Shown here piece after piece: positions 28,272-36,703 of a DNA stretch of 64,000 bases. Below the pieces are notes generated by a model. That model was not told where the DNA came from, searched no databases, and worked only from the letters and a program-made list of their open reading frames with translations. Origin of the DNA: an uncultured Eubacteriales bacterium (lineage in GTDB: Bacteria > Bacillota > Clostridia > Oscillospirales > CAG-272). Numbering within the stretch: position 1 is the first letter of the stretch; each line of letters opens with the position of its first letter. The position numbers and the translations under genes were made by a program. The stretch is from the NCBI GenBank assembly GCA_900546695.1, contig URDX01000001.1:96614-160613 (forward strand), given 5' to 3'.

Positions 28272-29645
28272 TCAAAGGTCAATATCTTCCGCCGTAATTT
28301 CTGTGCCGTATGCGGCATGAGCGGGGGATTTTTTTTCGTTATCAGCCGCAGCCGCCGTATCGGGCGCGCCGAAACCGACCTCCGACCCGCCTACAACGCC
28401 GTCAAAGGTCGCATCGGGATTCTGCATCAGTATGCCGAGCACCGCCATGTAATCACGCAGCAGCTCACGCGGGGTGAGCAGCGTATCCGCGCCCGCGCGC
28501 TCGAGGCAGCGGGAAAGAAAGCTCTCGATATTTTCAGGCGTGACGGGCGGCTCCCAGCCGTAATACTGCGCGTGCAGCTCGGTCATACGGGCAAGCAGTG
28601 CAAGCAGCTCGTTATCCGAGAGACGGCGCAGCCTGATAACGGGGCTGAGCAGATTCTTGTAGTCGGGCGAATCGTATCTGCTGTCGCACAGTCTGCTGCG
28701 CAGCGCCTCATACGAGAACAGCCCGCGGCGAGGGTCCTCGAGAAATTGCGGCGTTCCGCCGAATATCCAGCCGAGCCCTTCCGAGCGCCCCTGCATGGTA
28801 TCGTTGAAGAGCGAAAGCAGCTTTTCGTAGTTATTCTCGCGCGAGATGCGGTTCGGTATCTTATACAGATTTACGCATTCGTCGATGAACACGACCAATC
28901 CGCGGTAGCCCGTCTTTCGCGCAAAGACCGCAAGCAGCTTTATCATGTCCTGCCAGTTGTCGTCGCCGATGATGTCTCCGACGGGGAGCTCGCGCTTTGC
29001 CTCCGTCTTTGTGCGGTATTCTCCGCGCAGCCACTTCATGCAGCGGCTCTGCACATCGTCGTCCCCGTCCTGCACAGCACGGTAATAGGTCATTATTACG
29101 GCGGAAAAATCAAAGCCGCCAACATACCCCTGCAGCTCGCGCGATGTCGAAAGTATCCTGCGCGACATCTCCGCCGCAAAATCCTCGCTGCCGTAGGTAT
29201 ATCCCTCGGCTATCAGCGCGCCCTGAACATCGGACAGCCAACGCGCTATCATAACGGGTAGCGCTCCGCCGTCGGGGGAGGTCTTGCACGCGAGATTCTT
29301 TATCAGCTCGCGGTAGGTCGCAATGCCCGTTCCCGAGCCGCCGCATATCCTGCGCTCGGGCGAAAGATCGGCATCCGCCGTCACAAAGCCGCGCTCGCAT
29401 GCATAACCGCGCAGCAGCTGCATGAGAAAGCTCTTTCCGCTTCCGTATCTGCCTATGATGAAGCGCATAGCCGAGCCGCCCTCGCTGACAGTCTCAAGGT
29501 CCGAAAGCAGCGCCTCGAGCTCGTCGGTCCTTCCTATCGCAATGTACGGCGCACCGACCCGCGGAACCACTCCCGCGGCAACCGAGCCGACAAGCGCCGA
29601 GAGAACGCGCTTCGGTACGCGCTCACGCTTATTTTCAACCGCCAT
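28272..29645 (-). CDS. DUF2791-type (BrxD-like) P-loop ATPase
   Basis: 457 aa. Walker A is RFIIGRYGSGKSFLMQLL and Walker B is YRGLVVFIDECVNLY. The overall layout (..FGGTPQFLEDPRRGLFSYEALRSRL..) matches what I recall of DUF2791/BREX BrxD-like ATP-binding proteins. GGGAGG RBS. The start lies 5 nt after the upstream stop. Confidence 0.7.
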   Translation of the reverse strand: MAVENKRERVPKRVLSALVGSVAAGVVPRVGAPYIAIGRTDELEALLSDLETVSEGGSAMRFIIGRYGSGKSFLMQLLRGYACERGFVTADADLSPERRICGGSGTGIATYRELIKNLACKTSPDGGALPVMIARWLSDVQGALIAEGYTYGSEDFAAEMSRRILSTSRELQGYVGGFDFSAVIMTYYRAVQDGDDDVQSRCMKWLRGEYRTKTEAKRELPVGDIIGDDNWQDMIKLLAVFARKTGYRGLVVFIDECVNLYKIPNRISRENNYEKLLSLFNDTMQGRSEGLGWIFGGTPQFLEDPRRGLFSYEALRSRLCDSRYDSPDYKNLLSPVIRLRRLSDNELLALLARMTELHAQYYGWEPPVTPENIESFLSRCLERAGADTLLTPRELLRDYMAVLGILMQNPDATFDGVVGGSEVGFGAPDTAAAADNEKKSPAHAAYGTEITAEDIDL

Positions 29646-29650
29646 TCAGC

Positions 29651-31864
29651 TTACCTCCCTGATCCGCAGCTGCGGAGAAATTCCTCCGCCTCGTCTCTGT
29701 AATCCTCTGTTATCGCATAGCCCGATGCGGTGTGCTCCGCGATCGAGTCGCCTATATCGTCGTATAACAGCTCGTTTATACGGTCGCACAGCGCCGCGGG
29801 CAGTATCGCGGCAGACAGCGCATAGCGCTCAAAGCCCGCGCCGTCTCCGTCGAGCAGCATCCGCAGCCCGATTAGCTCGGGGCTGCCTGAGTCGGCAGCG
29901 CCCGCCGCCTCATCCGCATCATCTGCTGTGCCCATCGAGCCTGTAGTATGCACCGCACCCGCAGTGCCCGTCGCGCTCGCAGTATACACCGAGCCCGCAG
30001 CGCCCGTCGCGCTCGCAGTATACACCGAGCCCGCAGCGCCTTCTGCGCACGTTTTGTCCAAAGCGCCGTTCGCGCCCGTTTTATCCGACGTGCGCTCAGT
30101 GCCCGTCTTGCCCGCGGCGTTCTCTGCGCTCACATTACCGTCGGACGCGCCTCCGACGGCAGAGCGGACATCCGCAGCATCCGAAAACGCCTCTTCAAGC
30201 CGCTCGGTCATTCTCCATGAGCGGCGCTCTATCTCCATAGCACGATCAAACGACATTCCGCTGTTCTCGGGCGCGTAGAAATGCTCGTATTCGGGCGCGA
30301 CCTCGGGTGGTGCGGCGGGCCTTTTTCCCGCACGGCGCACGCTCTCCTCGCGCTCGATGACGGGCGCAAAATATCGGTCTATCGCCCGCCGCATCTCCTC
30401 GGGCAGCGCAGTTATCTTAAAGCGCGCCTTGATACCGAGCAGTCTGCGAACCTGATTTTCCGCATACTTGACCGCGGCGGTCACGGCTTCAGAGTCCGCG
30501 CAGCCGCATGCTCTTATATAGTCGATGCGCAGACGGCACTTGACCTCCGACGAGCACACCGCGCCGCTGTACGACTCGGCTATATACCTCTCGAGACTGC
30601 CGTCGGCTGTCGCACCGCCGCCCATTGCCGTCATAGCCGCCGTTATTGCGGCGGGCATGTGTCGCTCGTAGCAGCCACGCCCCGCAGCCGTCATATACTT
30701 GCTCTCCTGCCATGCATAATGCGATAGCACCGACGCAAGCGACAGCGGGTCGGCTGCGCCGCTCTCGATATCGTAGCAGACAAAAAACTCGGGCAGCGCC
30801 GTATATCGCCCCGCTATCGCCGCGATATCATGCATATATTCGCGCGGCAGCGAAACGCCGTGTATCAGACAGTAATCGCGCAGCCACGGAATGACCGAGT
30901 TGCGTATGCCGATGACCGTCTCCGCATAGCCCGTAATAACGCGGCAGAGCAGCTTTACACCGTCCTCAGGCGCGATAAGGTCGGGCAGATTTATTACCTC
31001 GTACAGAAACAGCAGCACATAGCTGCGCGACGCTTTTATCAGCTTACCCGCACGGAGACAGCTGCGCCACCTGAAATAATAGGCAAGCTGCGCGTCCGTC
31101 ATCATCGAATATTGCGGCACATAGGAAACGAATTCCGCATACGGCACCTCCTGCCCCTCTCTCGAAAAGAAGGAGACCGCGTCGGCGCGGAAGCGCTCGT
31201 AAAAGTTGTATGCAGACGGCCATGTCAGGATATCGACATGCCGCAGAAACGGGTGACGCGGCTCATACGACCGAATCAGTCCCGTATCGCGAAACGAGCT
31301 GCTGCGCGGCACGGCGACCGAATAACCCGTGTCTCCGCCCCTGCTGCTCTGCCCCGCGCTGCCTCGGCTGCGCAGGCGTGCAAACAGCTCGGATATCTCG
31401 TCGTCTGCAGCGCTCCGCTCGCGCCGCAGCGGCTGTATTGCAGACTGCTGCGAAACTGCGGGACGAGAAGCGTCCGCGCCGCCCGAGAGTGATATCTCCT
31501 GCGGCAATGCAGCGGTCTGCGGTGCGGGCGCGGGCTCTGTCCCACGCCAGCCGCTCCTTCTCCCGCTCGGCGGTACGATGTCCCGCATGTCAGAGTTGCC
31601 GCCGTCGGCGCTATACGGCGTACCGTATCCTCCGACATCCTCCGCGCTCCCGTCGGAAAGCTCCGCACGCGGGCGCTCTCCGCTGTCTCGTACCGAGACC
31701 GAATCGAGCGAGCGCTCGTCTGTGCCTATCTCTATCAGCGGTGTTTCGGTGTCGGGAGAAAACTCCCGAAGATACTTTTTCGGTATGGGAGGGAGCGCCT
31801 CAAAGACATCGTCGTCAAAGCTGCCGCCGCCCGAGCTCCGCCCGTCTTTTCCGTTATCGTACAC
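29651..31864 (-). CDS. TerB-N / TerB-C domain protein with long disordered N-terminal and central regions
   Basis: 737 aa with a GTG start at 31864 behind a strong GGAGGAAGGGAGGGG RBS. The TerB-N-like core is YAEFVSYVPQYSMMTDAQLAYYFRWRSCLRAGKLIKASRSYVLLFLYEVINL. The TerB-C-like end is LLDGDGAGFERYALSAAILPAALCDRINELLYDDIGDSIAEHTASGYAITEDYRDEAEEFL. Confidence 0.7.
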   Translation of the reverse strand: MYDNGKDGRSSGGGSFDDDVFEALPPIPKKYLREFSPDTETPLIEIGTDERSLDSVSVRDSGERPRAELSDGSAEDVGGYGTPYSADGGNSDMRDIVPPSGRRSGWRGTEPAPAPQTAALPQEISLSGGADASRPAVSQQSAIQPLRRERSAADDEISELFARLRSRGSAGQSSRGGDTGYSVAVPRSSSFRDTGLIRSYEPRHPFLRHVDILTWPSAYNFYERFRADAVSFFSREGQEVPYAEFVSYVPQYSMMTDAQLAYYFRWRSCLRAGKLIKASRSYVLLFLYEVINLPDLIAPEDGVKLLCRVITGYAETVIGIRNSVIPWLRDYCLIHGVSLPREYMHDIAAIAGRYTALPEFFVCYDIESGAADPLSLASVLSHYAWQESKYMTAAGRGCYERHMPAAITAAMTAMGGGATADGSLERYIAESYSGAVCSSEVKCRLRIDYIRACGCADSEAVTAAVKYAENQVRRLLGIKARFKITALPEEMRRAIDRYFAPVIEREESVRRAGKRPAAPPEVAPEYEHFYAPENSGMSFDRAMEIERRSWRMTERLEEAFSDAADVRSAVGGASDGNVSAENAAGKTGTERTSDKTGANGALDKTCAEGAAGSVYTASATGAAGSVYTASATGTAGAVHTTGSMGTADDADEAAGAADSGSPELIGLRMLLDGDGAGFERYALSAAILPAALCDRINELLYDDIGDSIAEHTASGYAITEDYRDEAEEFLRSCGSGR
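29941..30038. repeat. In-frame 36-bp tandem repeat (about 2.7 copies) inside the TerB-domain gene
   Basis: CCCGTCGCGCTCGCAGTATACACCGAGCCCGCAGCG occurs at 29967-30002 and again at 30003-30038, with a degenerate copy at 29941-29966. It encodes (AAGSVYTASATG)x2 followed by TAGAVHTTGSMG. Confidence 0.85.
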
Positions 31865-32049
31865 AGTCTGCCCCTCCCTTCCTCCGCAGATATGCGGTCA
31901 TGTTTGAATCATATTATTTTATCATATATGTTCTCCCGTGTCAATGTTTAGCATACGTAAAATTCGGTGCGATGCGGGATGAAGGTCTCGCCCGAGCTCC
32001 GTTTCGGGAGCTTCGTTCCGAATTCGATAAAAAACTTTAAAAAAACTAT

Positions 32050-32077
32050 TGACAAACAGATCGAAACCTGATATAAT
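32050..32077 (+). promoter_or_regulatory. Sigma-A promoter for tRNA-Thr
   Basis: TTGACA (32050-32055), about 16-nt spacer, TATAAT (32072-32077). Confidence 0.7.
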
Positions 32078-32092
32078 TACATCGTTCGAGAC

Positions 32093-32168
32093 GCTGCTAT
32101 GGCTCAGTTGGTAGAGCACATCCTTGGTAAGGATGAGGTCATCAGTTCGACTCTGATTAGCAGCTCCA
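32093..32168 (+). tRNA. tRNA-Thr(GGT)
   Basis: GCTGCTATGGCTCAGTTGGTAGAGCACATCCTTGGTAAGGATGAGGTCATCAGTTCGACTCTGATTAGCAGCTCCA. Anticodon stem CATCC/GGATG, loop TTGGTAA, encoded CCA. Confidence 0.9.
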
Positions 32169-32172
32169 GCAA

Positions 32173-32211
32173 GCCGTTCTGTATATGAAATACAGAACGG
32201 CTTTTGTTTTT
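32173..32211 (+). terminator. Rho-independent terminator after tRNA-Thr
   Basis: GCCGTTCTGTA-TATGAAA-TACAGAACGGC followed by TTTTGTTTTT. Confidence 0.8.
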
Positions 32212-32423
32212 GGGGAAGCAAAACCGTCCGGACCGAAAAAGCAAAAAAACTATGATAATCGATCCTTAATATATCCCATATTGCTGATAAGCGGAAGGAA
32301 TCCTGACGGATTCCTTCTCAAAGCCCGGTTTTCGCTTTTCCTGCGCCCGATGTCGCCCAGCGACGTACAATCGTACGACCTGCGCGACGAAATCGAACAC
32401 TCCAAACGATTATATCTCTCCCC
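32212..32423 (+). repeat. MITE-like / structured repeat element, copy 1 (212 bp)
   Basis: Begins GGGGAAGCAAAACCGTCCGGA and ends TCCAAACGATTATATCTCTCCCC, forming imperfect terminal inverted repeats. It shares with copy 2 the hairpin GGAATCCTGACGGATTCC, the hairpin CGTAC-NNNN-GTACG and a ~45-nt near-identical 3' block, TGCGCGACGAAATCGAACACTCCAA.CGATT.TATCTCTCCCC. Confidence 0.7.
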
Positions 32424-32606
32424 GTTCCTGCATTGAGCTATATGTTATCGCTTTTTCCGCAGTCGTCACTCCGAACTTTTTTCTATCCACCAAGGCAATG
32501 TCGAAAATGCCCGTATGTCGCTGAGCGGAATTTCCTTTTGCCTTGACAATCGGGGAAAATGCCGCTATAATTAATAGGATAAATTTTGTCGCATGGGGGT
32601 GCGGAA

Positions 32607-33620
32607 ATGGAATATGCGCCGAAGCCCGTTCGGGATTTTATTTCATATCTGACGGTCGTTCGCAACCGCACGCAGCAGACGGCGGACAAGTACCGACACG
32701 ACCTGTGCATGTTTCTGCGCTACGTTGCCGCGACGCGCGACGGGCTGACCCCGGGCACGGAGGAATACAACAGCTACGACATATCGGAGATAGACGAGGC
32801 TTTTATCAAAACGATAGCGACCGACGACATTTTTTCGTTCCTGTACCACAAAAAGAGCGACGACCACAACGAATCGCGCGCTATCGCGCGTCGGCTTTCG
32901 GCGATAAAATCGTTCTTTAAATATTATTCGGTCTCCCGCCACCTTATTGACGAAAGCCCCGCAGTAAACATCGAAACACCGCCGCACAAAAAGACCCTGC
33001 CCCGTTTTCTCACGCTCGAGCAAAGCATTGCCCTGCTCGATGCGATAAGGAGCGACACCGAATCGCCCACACGGGAGCGCGACTACGCGATAATCACGCT
33101 CTTTCTCAACAGCGGGATGCGGCTGTCCGAGCTGACGGGTATAAATCTCGGCAACATCGACCCCGAGCTGCGCTCGCTGCGCGTGCTCGGTAAGGGGGCA
33201 AAGGAGCGGATAATATATCTGAACGAGGCATGCCGCGAAGCGCTTGAAGTCTATCTGCCGATACGGCGGGCGGACGGTGAGGTAAAGCCGGGGCATTCCG
33301 AGGCGCTGTTTCTCAGCCGTCAGCACCGACGCATCAGCAACCCGACGGTGCAGAAGATGGTATATAAATATCTCGATGCCGCAGGACTCGGGAGCGAGCA
33401 TTTTTCGGTGCACAAGCTGCGCCATACGGCGGCTACGCTGATGTATCGCAGCGGCGCGGTCGATGTCCGCGTGCTGAAGGATATACTCGGACATGAGCAG
33501 CTGAACACGACGCAGATATATACCCACGTCAGCGACACGCAGATGGAAAGGGCGATGGACGCGAATCCTCTCGCGCACCGCAGCACCCGCAAGCGCCGCA
33601 GCGACACGGACGGCGAATAA
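32607..33620 (+). CDS. Tyrosine recombinase (XerC/XerD-like site-specific recombinase)
   Basis: The C-terminal catalytic region has ..LFLNSGMRLSEL.., HKLRHTAATLMYRSG and VLKDILGHEQLNTTQIYTHV (R..HxxR..Y). The N-terminus has a SAM-like core-binding domain. The ORF track starts at TTG 32586; ATG 32607 (MEYAPKP..) lies behind a TTGACA/TATAAT promoter at about 32544-32571. Confidence 0.85.
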   Translation: MEYAPKPVRDFISYLTVVRNRTQQTADKYRHDLCMFLRYVAATRDGLTPGTEEYNSYDISEIDEAFIKTIATDDIFSFLYHKKSDDHNESRAIARRLSAIKSFFKYYSVSRHLIDESPAVNIETPPHKKTLPRFLTLEQSIALLDAIRSDTESPTRERDYAIITLFLNSGMRLSELTGINLGNIDPELRSLRVLGKGAKERIIYLNEACREALEVYLPIRRADGEVKPGHSEALFLSRQHRRISNPTVQKMVYKYLDAAGLGSEHFSVHKLRHTAATLMYRSGAVDVRVLKDILGHEQLNTTQIYTHVSDTQMERAMDANPLAHRSTRKRRSDTDGE

Positions 33621-33640
33621 GCCGAAGGAAAGGCAAAATA

Positions 33641-34885
33641 ATGAATAACGAAAACAACACACATCGCGCTGCACCGTCCGACACAGCACCGCGCGCCGCT
33701 CAGCGCGCGACCGACGGCTACGGCAGACCGATAAACAGAGCAGCGGGCGGCACACAGCGCCGCAGCGCCGCATATGAAAAGGCAGCACGCCGCAGCGGAC
33801 AAATGAGAGGCGGACAAGCAGGCAGCGGTCAAACGGTCGGCAGACAAGCAGGCGACAGAGTTAATCCGCGCAGCGGGGCAGCCGTGCGGCGGAATCATCT
33901 CTCTCCCCCCGTACCGCAGCTTATCGCGGCGCTGCTCTGTGCACTGCTTGCGCTCACCATAGTATTTGTACTCAATCAGCAGCCCGAGCTTATCGGTAAG
34001 GAGATGACCTCCGAGTTTACCGAGCTCGTGAATCCCGCCCTCGGCGACTATTTCGAGGGCAAAGCGATAAAGACGGGCAAGATAAAGGAGATAACCGAAA
34101 ATATCTCGAGCCGCAACGCGCTTCTGATCGACCTGCACACGGGGCGTGCGGTATGCGAGAAGAACAGCGAAACGGTCACGTATCCCGCGTCTCTTACAAA
34201 GATAATGTCGGCAATGATAGCGATAGAAAATATCCCCGACCCCGATTCAACCATGATAACCGTACCCGAAGAGCTCGTTGAACAGCTCGTGCGTGAGAAC
34301 TCGTCGATGGCGGGCTTCTCTGCGGGCGAAACGGTCTCGGCAACCGACCTGCTGTACGGCTGTCTGCTCTCGTCGGGCGGTGAAGCGACGGGAACGCTTG
34401 CGCTGTATGTCGGCGGGGGCGAGGAATCCGAGTTTGTCGCCATGATGAACCGAAAGGCGAAAGAGCTCGGCTGCGAATCGACGCACTTTGCAAACCCGAC
34501 GGGACTTCACAGCGTCTCGCACACCTCGACGGCTGCGGACATGGCAAAGATATTCCGCTATGCCCTGCAGAACGAGACCTTCCGCACCATTGTTACCTCG
34601 CCGAGCCATTACACCGCCCCCACCGAGCAGCACCCGAACGGACTGACGCTGACAAGCACGGTTTACAAGGCATTTACGCAGGCGGGGCTCGAGATGGGCA
34701 ACGTACGCGGCGGGAAAACGGGCTTTACCCTTGAGGCGCGTCAGTGTCTCGCTACCTACTATTCGGGCGACGACGGCGATTACATACTGATAACTATGGG
34801 CGCGGGCGACGGCACGAATACGACCTACGACAACGCACGCGACGCTTCGATAATCTATCGCGCGTATGTTCAGAAGAAGAAATAG
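33641..34885 (+). CDS. D-alanyl-D-alanine carboxypeptidase (serine-type, PBP5/DacB-like) with basic disordered N-terminus and TM anchor
   Basis: SxxK motif in YPASLTKIMSA; GCLLSSGGEA (SxN-like); GGKTGFT (KTG). TM segment LIAALLCALLALTIVFVL. Confidence 0.85.
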   Translation: MNNENNTHRAAPSDTAPRAAQRATDGYGRPINRAAGGTQRRSAAYEKAARRSGQMRGGQAGSGQTVGRQAGDRVNPRSGAAVRRNHLSPPVPQLIAALLCALLALTIVFVLNQQPELIGKEMTSEFTELVNPALGDYFEGKAIKTGKIKEITENISSRNALLIDLHTGRAVCEKNSETVTYPASLTKIMSAMIAIENIPDPDSTMITVPEELVEQLVRENSSMAGFSAGETVSATDLLYGCLLSSGGEATGTLALYVGGGEESEFVAMMNRKAKELGCESTHFANPTGLHSVSHTSTAADMAKIFRYALQNETFRTIVTSPSHYTAPTEQHPNGLTLTSTVYKAFTQAGLEMGNVRGGKTGFTLEARQCLATYYSGDDGDYILITMGAGDGTNTTYDNARDASIIYRAYVQKKK

Positions 34886-35011
34886 AATTTTGAAAGCTCG
34901 GCATACGTGCACGGGCACCATCTGATTATATAATAATCTTCCGATTTGGTGATTGTAATATAATCAGTTTCGGATTATACTACCTAAGAAAACAGTAAGG
35001 AGTATAATGCC

Positions 35012-35581
35012 ATGAACAAGAAAACAACAAGAATTGCTATCGCAGCGCTTTTTGCTGCGCTTACCTGCGTTGCGACGATGATAATCAAGATCCCCTCGCC
35101 GCTCAAGGGCTATCTCAACCTCGGAGACTGCATAGTTCTGCTCAGCGGATGGATGCTCTCCCCCGTCTACGGCTTTCTTGCCGCGGGTATCGGATCGGCG
35201 CTCGCCGACCTCATCTCAAGCTATGTGACCTATGTTCCCGCTACGTTTGTAATCAAGGGACTTATGGCGCTCATCGCCTTCTACGCCTTCAAGGGGCTGC
35301 GCGGGCATATCGGCTCGCTGCCGTCGCGCATCATTGCGGGCGTGCTTGCAGAGGTTGAAATGGTTCTCGGATATTTCGTGTTTGAGGGCTTTATGTACGG
35401 CTTTGCGCCGTCGGTAGTCAACATCCCCGCCAACTGCGTTCAGGGCGCTGCGGGAATAATTCTCGGCACCGTGCTGATAAAGATATTTGAAAAAACGGGC
35501 ATCAAGGTCTTTGAAAAGGCCGATGTCAAAACAGAGGATAAGCTCTGCAGCAAGGCTGCGGAAAAGCAAAACAAGGAGTGA
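35012..35581 (+). CDS. ECF transporter S component (substrate unknown)
   Basis: 189 aa with 5-6 TM helices. IAIAALFAALTCVATMIIKIP..LNLGDCIVLLSGWMLSPVYGFLAAGIGSALADL.. is typical of ECF S components. AAGGAG RBS. Confidence 0.7.
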   Translation: MNKKTTRIAIAALFAALTCVATMIIKIPSPLKGYLNLGDCIVLLSGWMLSPVYGFLAAGIGSALADLISSYVTYVPATFVIKGLMALIAFYAFKGLRGHIGSLPSRIIAGVLAEVEMVLGYFVFEGFMYGFAPSVVNIPANCVQGAAGIILGTVLIKIFEKTGIKVFEKADVKTEDKLCSKAAEKQNKE

Positions 35582-35587
35582 AGTATC

Positions 35588-36127
35588 ATGACGATTTACG
35601 AACAGACATCGGCAGCGGTAAACGAGCTGTGCGACAAATCGGGGCTGAAGCCCGGCAGCACGGTCGTTGTCGGCTGCTCTACAAGTGAGGTAGTCGGTTC
35701 AAAAATCGGAACGAATTCAAACTACGAGGTCGCGGGCGAGATATTTCGCGCGCTCTATGACTGCACGAGGGCAAGAGGCATCTATCTCGCCGTGCAGTGC
35801 TGCGAGCATCTTAACCGCGCTATAATAACCGAGCGCGCTGCAGCGCCGCTCTCCGAGCCGGTCAACGTTGTTCCGCAGCCGAAAGCGGGCGGCTCGCTCG
35901 CAACCCAGGCATACGCCGCATTCACCGACCCCGTCGCGCTTGAAGAGATAAAAGCCGACGCAGGACTCGATATCGGCTTTACGCTCATCGGTATGCATCT
36001 GAAAAAGGTTGCCGTACCGCTGCGGCTTGAAAATAACAAGATAGGTGAAACTATGGTTATAGCAGCACGCACAAGACCGAAGTTCATCGGCGGCGTACGT
36101 GCAAAATACGACGAGTCGCTGCTGTAA
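35588..36127 (+). CDS. TIGR01440 / UPF0340 (DUF436) family protein
   Basis: 179 aa. VVVGCSTSEVVGSKIGT.. ..YLAVQCCEHLNRAIITER.. ..AGLDIGFTLIGMHLK match the conserved UPF0340 pattern as I recall it. Confidence 0.7.
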   Translation: MTIYEQTSAAVNELCDKSGLKPGSTVVVGCSTSEVVGSKIGTNSNYEVAGEIFRALYDCTRARGIYLAVQCCEHLNRAIITERAAAPLSEPVNVVPQPKAGGSLATQAYAAFTDPVALEEIKADAGLDIGFTLIGMHLKKVAVPLRLENNKIGETMVIAARTRPKFIGGVRAKYDESLL

Positions 36128-36277
36128 GGCATCCTGCACCGTCTGCACGGCGTCCGATACAGACGCATGTCTGCCGCCGCAGCTCGCCGCATTATACAAA
36201 AAATAAAGAAAAGAGCATATCCGCAGTGATATAATCCCCTTAGAGTAGACACTTGAAAAAACAAAAAGTTTTCGAGA

Positions 36278-36439
36278 CTATTCATCTGAGAGGGTTTTGT
36301 CGGCGTTGCTTTGAAATTGACCGTCGTACTTTATCCGGCAGAGGGGGATGCCGTCCGATGACACCTCCAGCCATTCGTTGCCGTCCATCTCGGTGCCGTA
36401 CCGAGCCTTGAGCCGTTTTGCTGATTCTTTCTGCAGCAT
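36278..36439 (-). CDS. Hypothetical small protein (53 aa)
   Basis: Below the ORF-track cutoff. GGAGAAATCAGAT-ATG gives good RBS spacing. Translation: MLQKESAKRLKARYGTEMDGNEWLEVSSDGIPLCRIKYDGQFQSNADKTLSDE. No family recognised. Confidence 0.35.
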   Translation of the reverse strand: MLQKESAKRLKARYGTEMDGNEWLEVSSDGIPLCRIKYDGQFQSNADKTLSDE

Positions 36440-36703
36440 ATCTGATTTCTCCTTTTTTGATGGTAATAAAAAAGGCAGATAGATTTTTGATTTCTCTCTG
36501 CCTTGCGTATCGGATATTCGGTTGTGTGAGAGTTCAAGACATCCAACAAAGGGAAAACATCATTTTTTTATATCTGTCAAAACGGTTTGCGGAAATTTTG
36601 CCGTATAAGCCGGTGAAAACCCCGATAAAATCGGGGTTTTCACCGGCTACATCTATTTTGTAGTCCTTTTACGGCGCGAGTCGCTTAGTTTTTATTTGCG
36701 CTG

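Noticed and set aside
32093-36127. tRNA-Thr followed by a tyrosine recombinase, considered as a possible prophage or integrative element boundary
   Set aside because: Downstream genes are ordinary chromosomal functions: D-Ala-D-Ala carboxypeptidase, ECF S component and a UPF0340 protein. Their GC is native-like, there are no phage or conjugation genes, and I could not find a direct repeat of the tRNA 3' end. The recombinase looks like a Xer-type housekeeping or sporulation-associated enzyme.
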